A program made the translations under genes and the position numbers. Positions 57,401-64,000 of a stretch of DNA of 64,000 bases are shown in pieces. The stretch is from Chrysomallon squamiferum (lineage: Eukaryota > Animalia > Mollusca), in the NCBI GenBank assembly GCA_012295275.1, contig CM022665.1, forward strand, positions 19,592,001 to 19,656,000, given 5' to 3'. Position 1 is the stretch's first letter, and each line of letters opens with the position of its first letter. The notes beneath the pieces were generated by a model that saw nothing but the letters and a program-made list of their open reading frames with translations, was not told where the DNA came from and did no database searches.

Positions 57401-59255
57401 GTCTAAAAGTTGTATATTTATATGCATTTTTAATATCAATTAAAGATTATTTAGCAGCTTATTTATTTGTCATTGTTAAATTATCTACTGTAGATCAGGA
57501 CAGTTTAAGTTTGTTTTACTTATTCTGAGAAAGCCCAGTTTTGGAATGTTTATCAAAGGCCTTTGTTGTTCTTTTTAGTCACAACAGATTCCTAGCTACT
57601 GATCCAGTTATTTAGATATTTTTTTTATTTATTTTTTTTATTATTTTTAAATGGATGTATATATATTATTTATGTACATTGGTAAATGTAATATCTATTT
57701 TCTCACAAGTATGAACATTGTGTTTTATGTTGTAGTTTCCTTTACTTGTTCATATATTTTATTTTATGACATCTAATTGGTGACATATCATTAATGATGA
57801 GGTGTCTTTATACTTTCATTCATTTATTGTTACTGATAAACCCCAACCCACTTATACTGACATGACATAACTGTAGATAAAAAATATTTTTAAAGCATTT
57901 ATTTCCTTTCTTTCCATGACTGTTAGTAATAAGCATTTGCTACCTTGTCTTTTAGAGGGTGGCTCTGTTCGTCTAACTCCAACAAGCAAGAAAAGACGTC
58001 TGATGACATTACTAGGTGGAGCTGAGGCCAATGAGAAGGTATTTATTAACTTCTGATGATTGTATAAAATCATCTTTTCAGAAGAAAAAAAAAAAATAAT
58101 AATAATAATAATATATATATATATCATTTTAATAATTCCAATTAATTACAAAAGGTTTTTTTAATTAATTTTTATTATATTTTTTGTTTTGTTTTCTCTT
58201 GAATCTCAATGAAAATTATGTTCAGTCAACATTTATTTTAGTTTTAGTTAGCCTGTCATATGTTTCAATAAACCATCTTTCACTATAAGGACCAATATCA
58301 TTTAAAGGATTAAGTGTGAATTAATAGTTTCATAATTTGTATTCTCTTTTTAATAATTTACAGTTTTAACTTAAGTAAAAATACAATGCTGACAGTATTA
58401 GACCTGATTTTTATTTTACAATTTATTTTACAGTTGACTGTAGATCTGCCACATCAAATGAAGAGAACCCTGTCCCTAGATTCAAAACACTCCACTGCTT
58501 CAGATGATCCAAGAATATCCTATTCCCAAGTTCATTTCCTTCCAGAACGAGAGTATGATGAGATGGGATATCTTAAACCTAGGAAAAAAGAAATCCCCAA
58601 GTACATAGAACTAATTAATGATCCAGATCAAGGTGGCATGCAGCCAGTGAATGAACATACTGGTTCTCCAACAGCCAGTGTTTCATCCAGCATCAGTCGT
58701 CATTCTTCGCTCTATGCAGCAATGAGCAAGGGTAATGGACCTTCCTCACTAAGCAGTGCAAAGTTTCCACTCATTCAGTTCAATGATTCCAATGGAAATC
58801 CAGACTTGAATAGGGCAGTCCAAAACAGTCCTGACAAACCTCCTCCTTATCAGGTTGCCAAAGCATTTTCTTCAAAAACAAAGAATAATAATTCATCAAG
58901 AACCTGCAAGAATGATCCTTGCCATACAGATAAAGACTCCAGACCCCTTATTAATGGAAGACAGTCAAATTCATCCAGTGAGTCAGGTTATTATTGTGTA
59001 GAGTGCTACAATAGTCATTTGCCCCAATATAAAAATGGTAGAGCTGCACTAAACTATGAAAGAGTTGATGAAGGCAGAATAGAGTCACCACTACCCAATT
59101 ATTCTGTTTGGTCAAACAACAACAATGGACATAGTGATTCTCCAGAGTATGTAAATGTTTCAAACCATGGTGGAAGAATGTCTCGCAATCAGATCTATCC
59201 TGAAAATGGAGCTGCTTTTGCAGGTTTTGAGATTTCTCAAGCTAGTCTTGTTTAA
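12577..59255 (+). CDS. ROS1: ROS1/Sevenless-family receptor tyrosine kinase, 42 traced coding exons, 5'-partial (about 2583 aa)
   Basis: All exons join in phase with AG/GT ends (one GC donor). Kinase motifs [59 protein letters not shown] are ROS/Sev-specific. Ectodomain motif AWQNWTYE matches vertebrate ROS1. Architecture is 9 FN3 + 3 YWTD-like propellers + TM. Confidence 0.96.
14032..14061 (+). CDS. ROS1: ROS exon 2: 30-nt microexon [10 protein letters not shown]
   Basis: Long T-rich tract + atacag acceptor, CAG|gtatga donor, phase 0-0, no stop. Confidence 0.7.
14465..14570 (+). mobile_element. Degenerate SINE-like repeat fragment
   Basis: Order ctgctaat…aaag.ta.cccat…gtggc…ttc…atctgt.tggtc.ttaaccatat…gccac resembles a tRNA-derived SINE body I recall from gastropod genomes. 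Recollection only, not searched. Confidence 0.4.
15650..15710 (+). CDS. ROS1: ROS exon 3: [20 protein letters not shown]
   Basis: tttcag / gtaaga, phase 0-1. Resembles human ROS1 ESCEVGCSSAEGAY. Confidence 0.88.
16590..16819 (+). CDS. ROS1: ROS exon 4: FN3-1 (…SVMLQW…NLHPYVTYK)
   Basis: ttccag / gtaaga, phase 1-0, FN3 W and LxPxxxY motifs. Confidence 0.93.
18137..18224 (+). CDS. ROS1: ROS exon 5: end of FN3-1 (FRVLAV…TLPHG)
   Basis: tttcag / gtgagt, phase 0-1. Confidence 0.93.
21566..21865 (+). CDS. ROS1: ROS exon 6: FN3-2 ([15 protein letters not shown]…AWNAAGEGP)
   Basis: ttccag / gtaagt (alternative in-frame donor after 21859), phase 1-1. Confidence 0.95.
30927..30990. repeat. 64-bp near-perfect palindrome
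   Basis: acacttttctgtatagacactgtacatttatg|catacatgtacactgtctatactgaaaaatgt, with 4 mismatched pairs out of 32. Confidence 0.9.
31914..32045 (+). CDS. ROS1: ROS exon 7: start of propeller A (PYLILGS…)
   Basis: ttccag / gtaagt, phase 1-1. Confidence 0.9.
33719..33760 (+). CDS. Candidate optional 42-nt cassette exon (G)[13 protein letters not shown](G)
   Basis: About 50-nt pyrimidine tract, first downstream AG at 33717-18, AAG|gtaact donor, phase 1-1, open in the ROS frame. Confidence 0.5.
34020..34148. repeat. Compound (AT)n microsatellite
   Basis: Direct reading. Confidence 0.97.
35088..35266 (+). CDS. ROS1: ROS exon 8: propeller A (GIAIH…ISIDWLND)
   Basis: tttcag / gtgagc, phase 1-0. Confidence 0.93.
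36015..36109 (+). CDS. ROS1: ROS exon 9 (IFRCPL…VDPVNG)
   Basis: attcag / gtaagt, phase 0-2. Confidence 0.93.
36331..36755 (+). CDS. ROS1: ROS exon 10: propeller A (FYWTNG…QPTP)
   Basis: taacag / gttata, phase 2-1, YWT motif. Confidence 0.93.
37095..37187 (+). CDS. ROS1: ROS exon 11: FN3-3 start
   Basis: ttctag / gtttgt, phase 1-1. Confidence 0.9.
38271..38483 (+). CDS. ROS1: ROS exon 12: FN3-3 (GAWQNWTYE…GYGPWS)
   Basis: ttatag / gtaaat, phase 1-1. Confidence 0.95.
38631..38738 (+). CDS. ROS1: ROS exon 13
   Basis: ttgtag / gtatgt, phase 1-1, open frame. Confidence 0.88.
38912..39084 (+). CDS. ROS1: ROS exon 14: propeller B ([13 protein letters not shown])
   Basis: acacag / gtaaga, phase 1-0. 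Confidence 0.93.
39361..39713 (+). CDS. ROS1: ROS exon 15: propeller B (GRIYWAT)
   Basis: ttacag / gtgaat, phase 0-2. Confidence 0.93.
40073..40236 (+). CDS. ROS1: ROS exon 16 (RLFWMD…YP)
   Basis: atccag / gtttgt, phase 2-1. Confidence 0.92.
40462..40637 (+). CDS. ROS1: ROS exon 17: FN3-4 start
   Basis: ttccag / gtgagt, phase 1-0. Confidence 0.92.
41109..41238 (+). CDS. ROS1: ROS exon 18: FN3-4 (LSPYT…YTYWG)
   Basis: gtttag / gtacag, phase 0-1. Confidence 0.92.
42585..43667 (-). mobile_element. Decayed, internally deleted Mutator-like element (FLYWCH + MULE transposase)
   Basis: 43195-43464 has FLYWCH-type SQKG…NGFIY…WHC..KKC…H.H. 42959-43234 has [10 protein letters not shown]…[16 protein letters not shown]…[14 protein letters not shown]. 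~42880 has TNYLVEDWH. Inverted ends atggca/tgccat with ~15-bp periodic subterminal repeats on both sides. Confidence 0.88.
44213..44460 (+). CDS. ROS1: ROS exon 19: FN3-5
   Basis: attcag / gtaaca, phase 1-0. Confidence 0.92.
44747..44810 (+). CDS. ROS1: ROS exon 20 ([13 protein letters not shown])
   Basis: taatag / gtaaaa, phase 0-1, FN3 G-strand motif. Confidence 0.92.
45282..45481 (+). CDS. ROS1: ROS exon 21: propeller C start (NPVPKLL…TFWIE)
   Basis: ctccag / gtgagt, phase 1-0. Confidence 0.92.
45622..45700. mobile_element. (GAAT)n-tailed SINE-like fragment
   Basis: gaatgaatgaatgaatg followed by …attggctattgggtgtcaaa, a layout typical of a SINE end with a microsatellite tail. Confidence 0.3.
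45894..46081 (+). CDS. ROS1: ROS exon 22 ([11 protein letters not shown]…DPY)
   Basis: ttccag / gtaaca, phase 0-2. Confidence 0.9.
46234..46541 (+). CDS. ROS1: ROS exon 23 (LFWTE…QCNC…GCRC)
   Basis: tgccag / gtaatt, phase 2-1. Confidence 0.92.
47024..47194 (+). CDS. ROS1: ROS exon 24 (GLPP…VYWYN…LQPLP)
   Basis: gtaaag / gtactc, phase 1-1. Confidence 0.92.
47510..47670 (+). mobile_element. Degenerate SINE-like repeat head
   Basis: GC-richer intronic patch (ggatcagtcc…ccactgagctttttcccatctcag) resembling a tRNA-derived SINE 5' region. Recollection only. Confidence 0.3.
47740..47966 (+). CDS. ROS1: ROS exon 25: FN3-6 start
   Basis: aaacag / gtgtgt, phase 1-0. Confidence 0.9.
48230..48371 (+). 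CDS. ROS1: ROS exon 26 (LEPYTDY…VSNYY)
   Basis: ttacag / gtaagc, phase 0-1. Confidence 0.93.
48863..49113 (+). CDS. ROS1: ROS exon 27: FN3-7, ends at a GC donor
   Basis: tttcag acceptor, AAG|gcaagc donor, phase 1-0, giving HTYLIK|VLAY. Confidence 0.88.
49493..49669 (+). CDS. ROS1: ROS exon 28: FN3-7/8
   Basis: ttacag / gtaaac, phase 0-0. Confidence 0.92.
50100..50298 (+). CDS. ROS1: ROS exon 29: FN3-8 (LEPNTDYVF…IWP)
   Basis: tttcag / gtaagt, phase 0-1. Confidence 0.93.
50420..50543 (+). CDS. ROS1: ROS exon 30: FN3-9 ([14 protein letters not shown])
   Basis: atttag / gtaaac, phase 1-2. Confidence 0.93.
50706..50878 (+). CDS. ROS1: ROS exon 31: FN3-9 ([17 protein letters not shown])
   Basis: ttccag / gttagt, phase 2-1. 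In-frame alternative AG at 50713-14. Confidence 0.92.
51195..51299 (+). CDS. ROS1: ROS exon 32: transmembrane helix ([25 protein letters not shown])
   Basis: tttcag / gtaagt, phase 1-1, about 25 hydrophobic residues. Confidence 0.93.
51395..51471. repeat. Self-complementary (TG)n-CG-(CA)n-(TA)n-(CA)n microsatellite
   Basis: Direct reading. Confidence 0.95.
51493..51631 (+). CDS. ROS1: ROS exon 33: stop-transfer/juxtamembrane ([10 protein letters not shown]…[11 protein letters not shown]…SNTLY)
   Basis: ctgcag / gttggt, phase 1-2. ELAxLR and NxLY are typical of the ROS juxtamembrane. Confidence 0.9.
51911..52073 (+). CDS. ROS1: ROS exon 34: kinase P-loop and VAVK
   Basis: tctcag / gtgata, phase 2-0. 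Confidence 0.97.
52302..52496 (+). CDS. ROS1: ROS exon 35: kinase alphaC to hinge ([11 protein letters not shown])
   Basis: ttgcag / gttagt, phase 0-0. Confidence 0.97.
52691..52788 (+). CDS. ROS1: ROS exon 36 ([12 protein letters not shown])
   Basis: cttcag / gtaacc, phase 0-2. Confidence 0.97.
53172..53369 (+). CDS. ROS1: ROS exon 37: catalytic and activation loops
   Basis: aatcag / gtaagc, phase 2-2, DLAARN, DFG, YxxxYY. Confidence 0.98.
53761..53895 (+). CDS. ROS1: ROS exon 38 ([18 protein letters not shown])
   Basis: gtttag / gtaata, phase 2-2. Confidence 0.97.
54260..54408 (+). CDS. ROS1: ROS exon 39: kinase end ([12 protein letters not shown])
   Basis: tttcag / gtaggc, phase 2-1. 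Confidence 0.95.
56424..56585 (+). CDS. ROS1: ROS exon 40: tail (…[10 protein letters not shown]…); boundaries ambiguous
   Basis: In-frame acceptors before 56424 and 56460; donors after 56500, 56585 and 56593. GxxNxxF acidic motif recalls human GVINESFE. Confidence 0.7.
57956..58038 (+). CDS. ROS1: ROS exon 41: tail ([27 protein letters not shown])
   Basis: ttttag / gtattt, phase 1-0, GC-richer open frame bridging to the last exon. Confidence 0.7.
58434..59255 (+). CDS. ROS1: ROS terminal coding exon: 273-aa disordered Tyr-motif tail ending EISQASLV*
   Basis: ttacag acceptor, phase 0, longest ORF in the window. Confidence 0.88.
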   Translation: MTVDLPHQMKRTLSLDSKHSTASDDPRISYSQVHFLPEREYDEMGYLKPRKKEIPKYIELINDPDQGGMQPVNEHTGSPTASVSSSISRHSSLYAAMSKGNGPSSLSSAKFPLIQFNDSNGNPDLNRAVQNSPDKPPPYQVAKAFSSKTKNNNSSRTCKNDPCHTDKDSRPLINGRQSNSSSESGYYCVECYNSHLPQYKNGRAALNYERVDEGRIESPLPNYSVWSNNNNGHSDSPEYVNVSNHGGRMSRNQIYPENGAAFAGFEISQASLV

Positions 59256-60830
59256 TAAATATTGTTTCCTTTTTACTGTTACTAAATGTAAATTTGAAAT
59301 TGATGCATTTTGCACGTTTGTTCAAATAATGGTAGCAAATTGTGAATATAATTTTTTCTTTTTAAATCACTCCATAATTGTTATTTTGTTACAGAAAAGT
59401 ATAATTATGAATCAGATGTGCTTCCTATTGTGTAGGTAACTACTATGAAGGATTGTTTACATATAGGGTATGCTAGAATCTTGATGAAAGAAAAGAGATT
59501 ACATGAAATGTTTGTTATATATGACTGTTACTAATTTTGTTTTGAATTGTTACTGTTTGTTGCACTTATTACTGGTTCAGCAGTGGTTGTTTTTTCACTA
59601 GTTCAGTAGTGATAGTTTTATTTGTTAGGTTTAACATTTTTACCAGAACATTACATCAGCATTGCTGCTTGTATTGCAATCAAGGATTGGTTAAACTTGG
59701 GCCTCCTCCTCCCTTCTGTTTTCTTAAGCAGTAACAATACTTTTTAAAATGGGAATTAACTAAGGTTTTTAATTAGTTTTTTTCATGGCCATTTATATTT
59801 CCTTTCATCATTGCCCAAGTGTTTATTAAATTTTATATGAAAATGCTGAATATCATTTATTTTGTTAGTTTTCAAAATGTACATATTTTTTTTTGGTTTC
59901 TTTTTTAAGAGGTTTGTTGAATTGGTCTTTGTGATTGTGCTAAATTTGAAGGAATACAGTAACTGAAGTTAATCAGCGATAGTGTACAGTTGATGTTGTT
60001 TTTTGTCAGTACAATTTTTTTGAAATGTTCCGTCATATACATAATGAAAATAATCATCAGTAAGATGAATAAGTATTGAATTTCAGATCTTTAAAAAAGA
60101 TTTATTAGTTTGCATAGTTCATTATTTTTACTTATGTTTTGTTTACAGAATATTTGTCAAACATAGTAATATTACAGAAACTTGGTCTTTCAATTTCATA
60201 TGAAAATTAAAATGTATAAAGTATTATTTTAAATAATATAAAAATGGTAAACTTTCTCATGAGAAAAAAAAGACCAGTCCATTTCTGTTCACTAGATACA
60301 AATTATAGCATGCAGATCTCTTTGCATTTCTCTGTAATACTGTTGTTGTCTGGCCCTAAATACGGCAGCTGTAGATAAACATGTATTACCATAGTTCTCT
60401 GGATATTGTAATTTTCTTTCAAAGTCGTACCTTTTTATTGATATTGGATCACCTATTACCAGTATTTCAACAAAGGGTACATTTGATTGTTTACAAGAAA
60501 TTTAATTAAATGAACAAATTTGCATTATTTTTAGACAGTGATTTAAAGAAAAGTAAAATGTAAGATGATAAAGTTATGTTTGTTACTTTCGTTTAAATAC
60601 TACTAAAGGCATATGGCAGTGTCAGAGACTTTATTATTTTTCCTATTTATGTTCTTCATTATTTTATCTAACATACATTCAGCTATTCCACTTTCTACTA
60701 CAGTGAATGTCACCAAATACTTTATACTTCTAGTGCTTGAACTTTGGAGTGAATGTTATTACACCTCTGCTAGTAGTAGTAGTATCCAAAAGTGCTTAAA
60801 AACATTTTTTTTTTCTTTCTTTATATTTGT

Positions 60831-61113
60831 TGTGTACATATGTATTGGATTCATGTAAGAATTTGTTTTGTAGCATGAGTCTTCCATTGTTTCCAAATAT
60901 TTTGCAGCATTGTTATTTTGAATATTTCAAAAAAAAAAAATGCATGTTGATATTACAACAAAAAAGAAAAAAAAGAATAATAAAAATTATGTGTATATAT
61001 GTATTGGATTCATGTAAGAATTGTTGTAGCATGAGTCTTCCATTGTTTCCAAATATTTTGCAGCATTGTTATTTTGAATATTTCAAAAAAAAAATGCATG
61101 TTGTTATTACAAA
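60831..61113. repeat. Direct duplication of about 125-130 bp (period 159 bp)
   Basis: tgtgta(c/t)atatgtattggattcatgtaagaa…gcatgttg.tattacaa at 60831 and 60990. Confidence 0.95.
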
Positions 61114-61732
61114 AAATAATAATAATAATAACCCACCTAAATATTTTTTTTTTTTTTTTTTTTTTTTTGTGTTTGTGTTTTTCAAATAATAAGTTAAAGA
61201 AGAAAGATGTGTTCAACAAAATAAACACAATTTCAAAATATATTCATTTTAATTTAAGGGGCATTAACTGCAGGAATCATAATGTGAAAGGAATCTTAAC
61301 AAAAATATATATAAGAAAGTTGTTGTTAATTTAATTACTTGTATTTTAGAATATGATAAACTAGTTTCTATAAAAATGGTGATCTGGAAATTTGGCTTGT
61401 TTTCAGTTAAGGTTTTTAAAGTGTGCTAAACAAATATTTGTTTTATTTTATATAATACCAAAATATAATTATCAGAAGTAAAAATATCTTTAGCATTTGA
61501 ATTTTTAAATGAGATGATAGATACAAAGATAAATGACATATTTAAACCTTTATTATGGTTACTATTAGTCATATAGTGAACTTACCAGTGATACTGTGTT
61601 TATTTTGTATATAAATATTCATGGCTTTATCTTGATTAGAACTGATAACTGTACATTTAATTCTGTTGTTTGAAAAATTATGTATGTATAAACATGAATA
61701 GGACACTGAAATCCACTGTTACAGAAAGTGTC

Positions 61733-61738
61733 AATAAA
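61733..61738 (+). terminator. Candidate polyadenylation signal for the ROS 3' UTR
   Basis: AATAAA followed by T/GT-rich sequence. Other AATAAA hexamers exist, e.g. 59254-59259 overlapping the stop. Confidence 0.3.
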
Positions 61739-62908
61739 GTTTCTATCATGTTCCAGTGAAGTGTTATATTTTCATTTTCATCCATAGTGCAGTACTTTTT
61801 AGCTCATTTGTTAGAACTCCATCGTGAGCTTTCTGCTGCCTATGATAACTAAACATTTAAAGGACAGAATTCTTCTGGTGTTAAATATTGAGTTATTGCT
61901 GTGATTCCACAAAATGATAGCAGATAATCAAGGAAAACAGCAGTTATTTAAATAAGTTTGTTGTTAATCCACTTCAGCTGGTAAAGTTGGTTTTGCTGTT
62001 ATAATAAAATATCCCACAGATGTTACAAACCAAAAATGATGACAGTCCTGCATATTTATAACTTGTTAATGATTAACTCAAAAAACCTAGATAATTGGTA
62101 AGACAAATAATCTCTCACAATTATTGTGAATTGGTCTAACATAGATGTTAGATATTGTCAACTAATTTATATTTTTATAGGTCACATTTTAACATGAAAT
62201 TTCCCAGAATACACATTTTCAATGATAAACTCTAACTGTTTGTATAACAGCTAGGTGATAATTTTTCTAAGCAGGGCAGAAAAGTGAGATCAATTCTTAT
62301 GAATATAAAATGTAATAAAAAGTCCCATCCATTCAAAACAAACTTTTGTATGATTCATATATAAAGTTTTGAATTACTGTTATTAATATCAAGAAATTAT
62401 TTACATAATTATTTAGGCTGCCATTAAAGTTTTAAAAGCCTGGTCTAAGAAATTTAAAAAAACAACAACGAAACAACCAGGAATTTAAAGTAAAAATCTG
62501 CAGAAGTATATTGGAATTCAAACTTGATCATGACTACTTTCTGTGCAAATCTCATAGGGAAGTAAATATGGAGTACAACTTCAAACAGAATCAAAAAGAT
62601 TTAAATGTTTGATTGTTTATTCAAAACTACTATGCTGCTTGTTACAACATCTCACTAACTCAAATACACTACTTAAGAAAAAAACATACTTGGCAGAAAC
62701 TTCAGAAAACTGCTGTTAATGTTGAAAACAGGATGAAACTGCTATGTAATCTATAATTTCATTGATGTTGTATGTCATCAGTGATTAAAATCAAGGAAAC
62801 AAATTAACTTCAGTATTAAATTATGTCATCAAAAACTAGTATTTCTTTATCATATATTTATATAATAACTTGACATACGTATGTTTGGTATAGTGTGCCT
62901 CATACATG

Positions 62909-64000
62909 TCACTTGTATGTAAGAGAAATCATTGCACAAGCAAATACTTCTTTTCCTTCCTTTGCTGTTTTATACTCCATAAAGAGACGTGTGTGCAGAT
63001 AGACTGCCTTGTAACTGCTGATATTGATGAGTTTCTCAGATTTATGCACTGGTATAAGGATCTCAAGAATCCTTGATCTAAACCAAATGTTTCTCAATAT
63101 CACTGGTGTTGGCACTGTGTATAGTTGAGCAAGTACAGCTGTAATTTCAGCAGCCATCTGGTGTGGTGATGTGATTGGAGAGAGGCTGTATGTATAGAAA
63201 TCAATTATCTGTTTGAAGGGCTCGGTTTAGTGCCTGATAATTATGTATGTATTCTCTGTGCATGACCCTGAATTAAAAAGAAATATTTTATTTATCAATT
63301 TACATTTTTAATGCATTGTACAAATGTATACATGTAACTAAGAAAAACGAGCAGAGAGGAAACCTGTCACTATGATGTATTGTTGTTTTCAACTGGCACT
63401 AAGTGATCTCATAAGCACCATAAGTCTTCAATAAATCAGTTATCATGGTATTCAATCTCTTCTTAATTTTGAATCGGATGAATAAATTATGTACATGTAC
63501 TGCAAGATGAAATCTGGAGATGAAGAGATTTCTCTAAAATTACTTAAATGCTGTGAAACCTGGTGACAAAGACCAGTTTTACTATTGATGTTTGTATAGA
63601 GAATACAGTTGTTGAATGGAAATTTTAAAAATAACTATTTATTTATTTACTTATTGTCAAATTGACATTGTTTACTGGCATGCTAAATGATTTTCTGTTA
63701 TGCATTATAATTTATTATATATTTATTATTGATTAAATCTGTTGTCAAGATTTACTGAATATACATTATATTTAGACATATTAATTACATTGCAAAGTTA
63801 GTTCCATTCTTTTTGACACATAGAGAAAATATCAATCTAAATTCAATACTGAATATATAATCACATTTAAGACAATCAGTCCTGACCCTAAGACAAATGT
63901 TTTGATAAAGTTTGATCTGTGAAGAATTGCTGGTTGGACAATTAAAAAAACAAAAACGAAAAAAAACAGTTTGCTATTTACTTACCTTTTATTTGATATT
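62909..64000 (-). other. Possible 3' end of a convergent spliced transcript, product unknown
   Basis: Strong minus-strand donor AAG|gtaagt (intron starts 63985). Acceptors precede 63513/63499, 63267 and 63185, each followed by a short open frame ending in a stop. Confidence 0.4.

Overview
This is an AT-rich, CpG-poor, microsatellite-rich animal genomic window, probably from a lophotrochozoan such as a mollusc (inference). Most of it is one large + strand gene encoding a ROS1/Sevenless-family receptor tyrosine kinase. I traced 42 phase-compatible coding exons by hand from 12577 to the TAA at 59255 (7752 nt, about 2583 aa). They encode a Cys-rich N-terminus, 9 FN3 repeats interleaved with 3 YWTD-type beta-propellers, a TM helix, an insulin-receptor-family kinase and a long Tyr-motif-rich tail ending in -SLV. 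The start codon and signal-peptide exon(s) were not identified. Non-coding regions hold a decayed Tc1/mariner, a decayed Mutator (FLYWCH+MULE) element, SINE-like relics, small duplications and microsatellites. A possible convergent minus-strand transcript enters at the right edge. The most notable details are: Ser at the position of human ROS1 G2032, a GC-AG intron, a candidate 42-nt cassette exon, an acceptor with a microsatellite hairpin instead of a pyrimidine tract, combinatorial tail splicing options and a 64-bp intronic palindrome. I found no convincing evidence of a wholly new multi-gene system.
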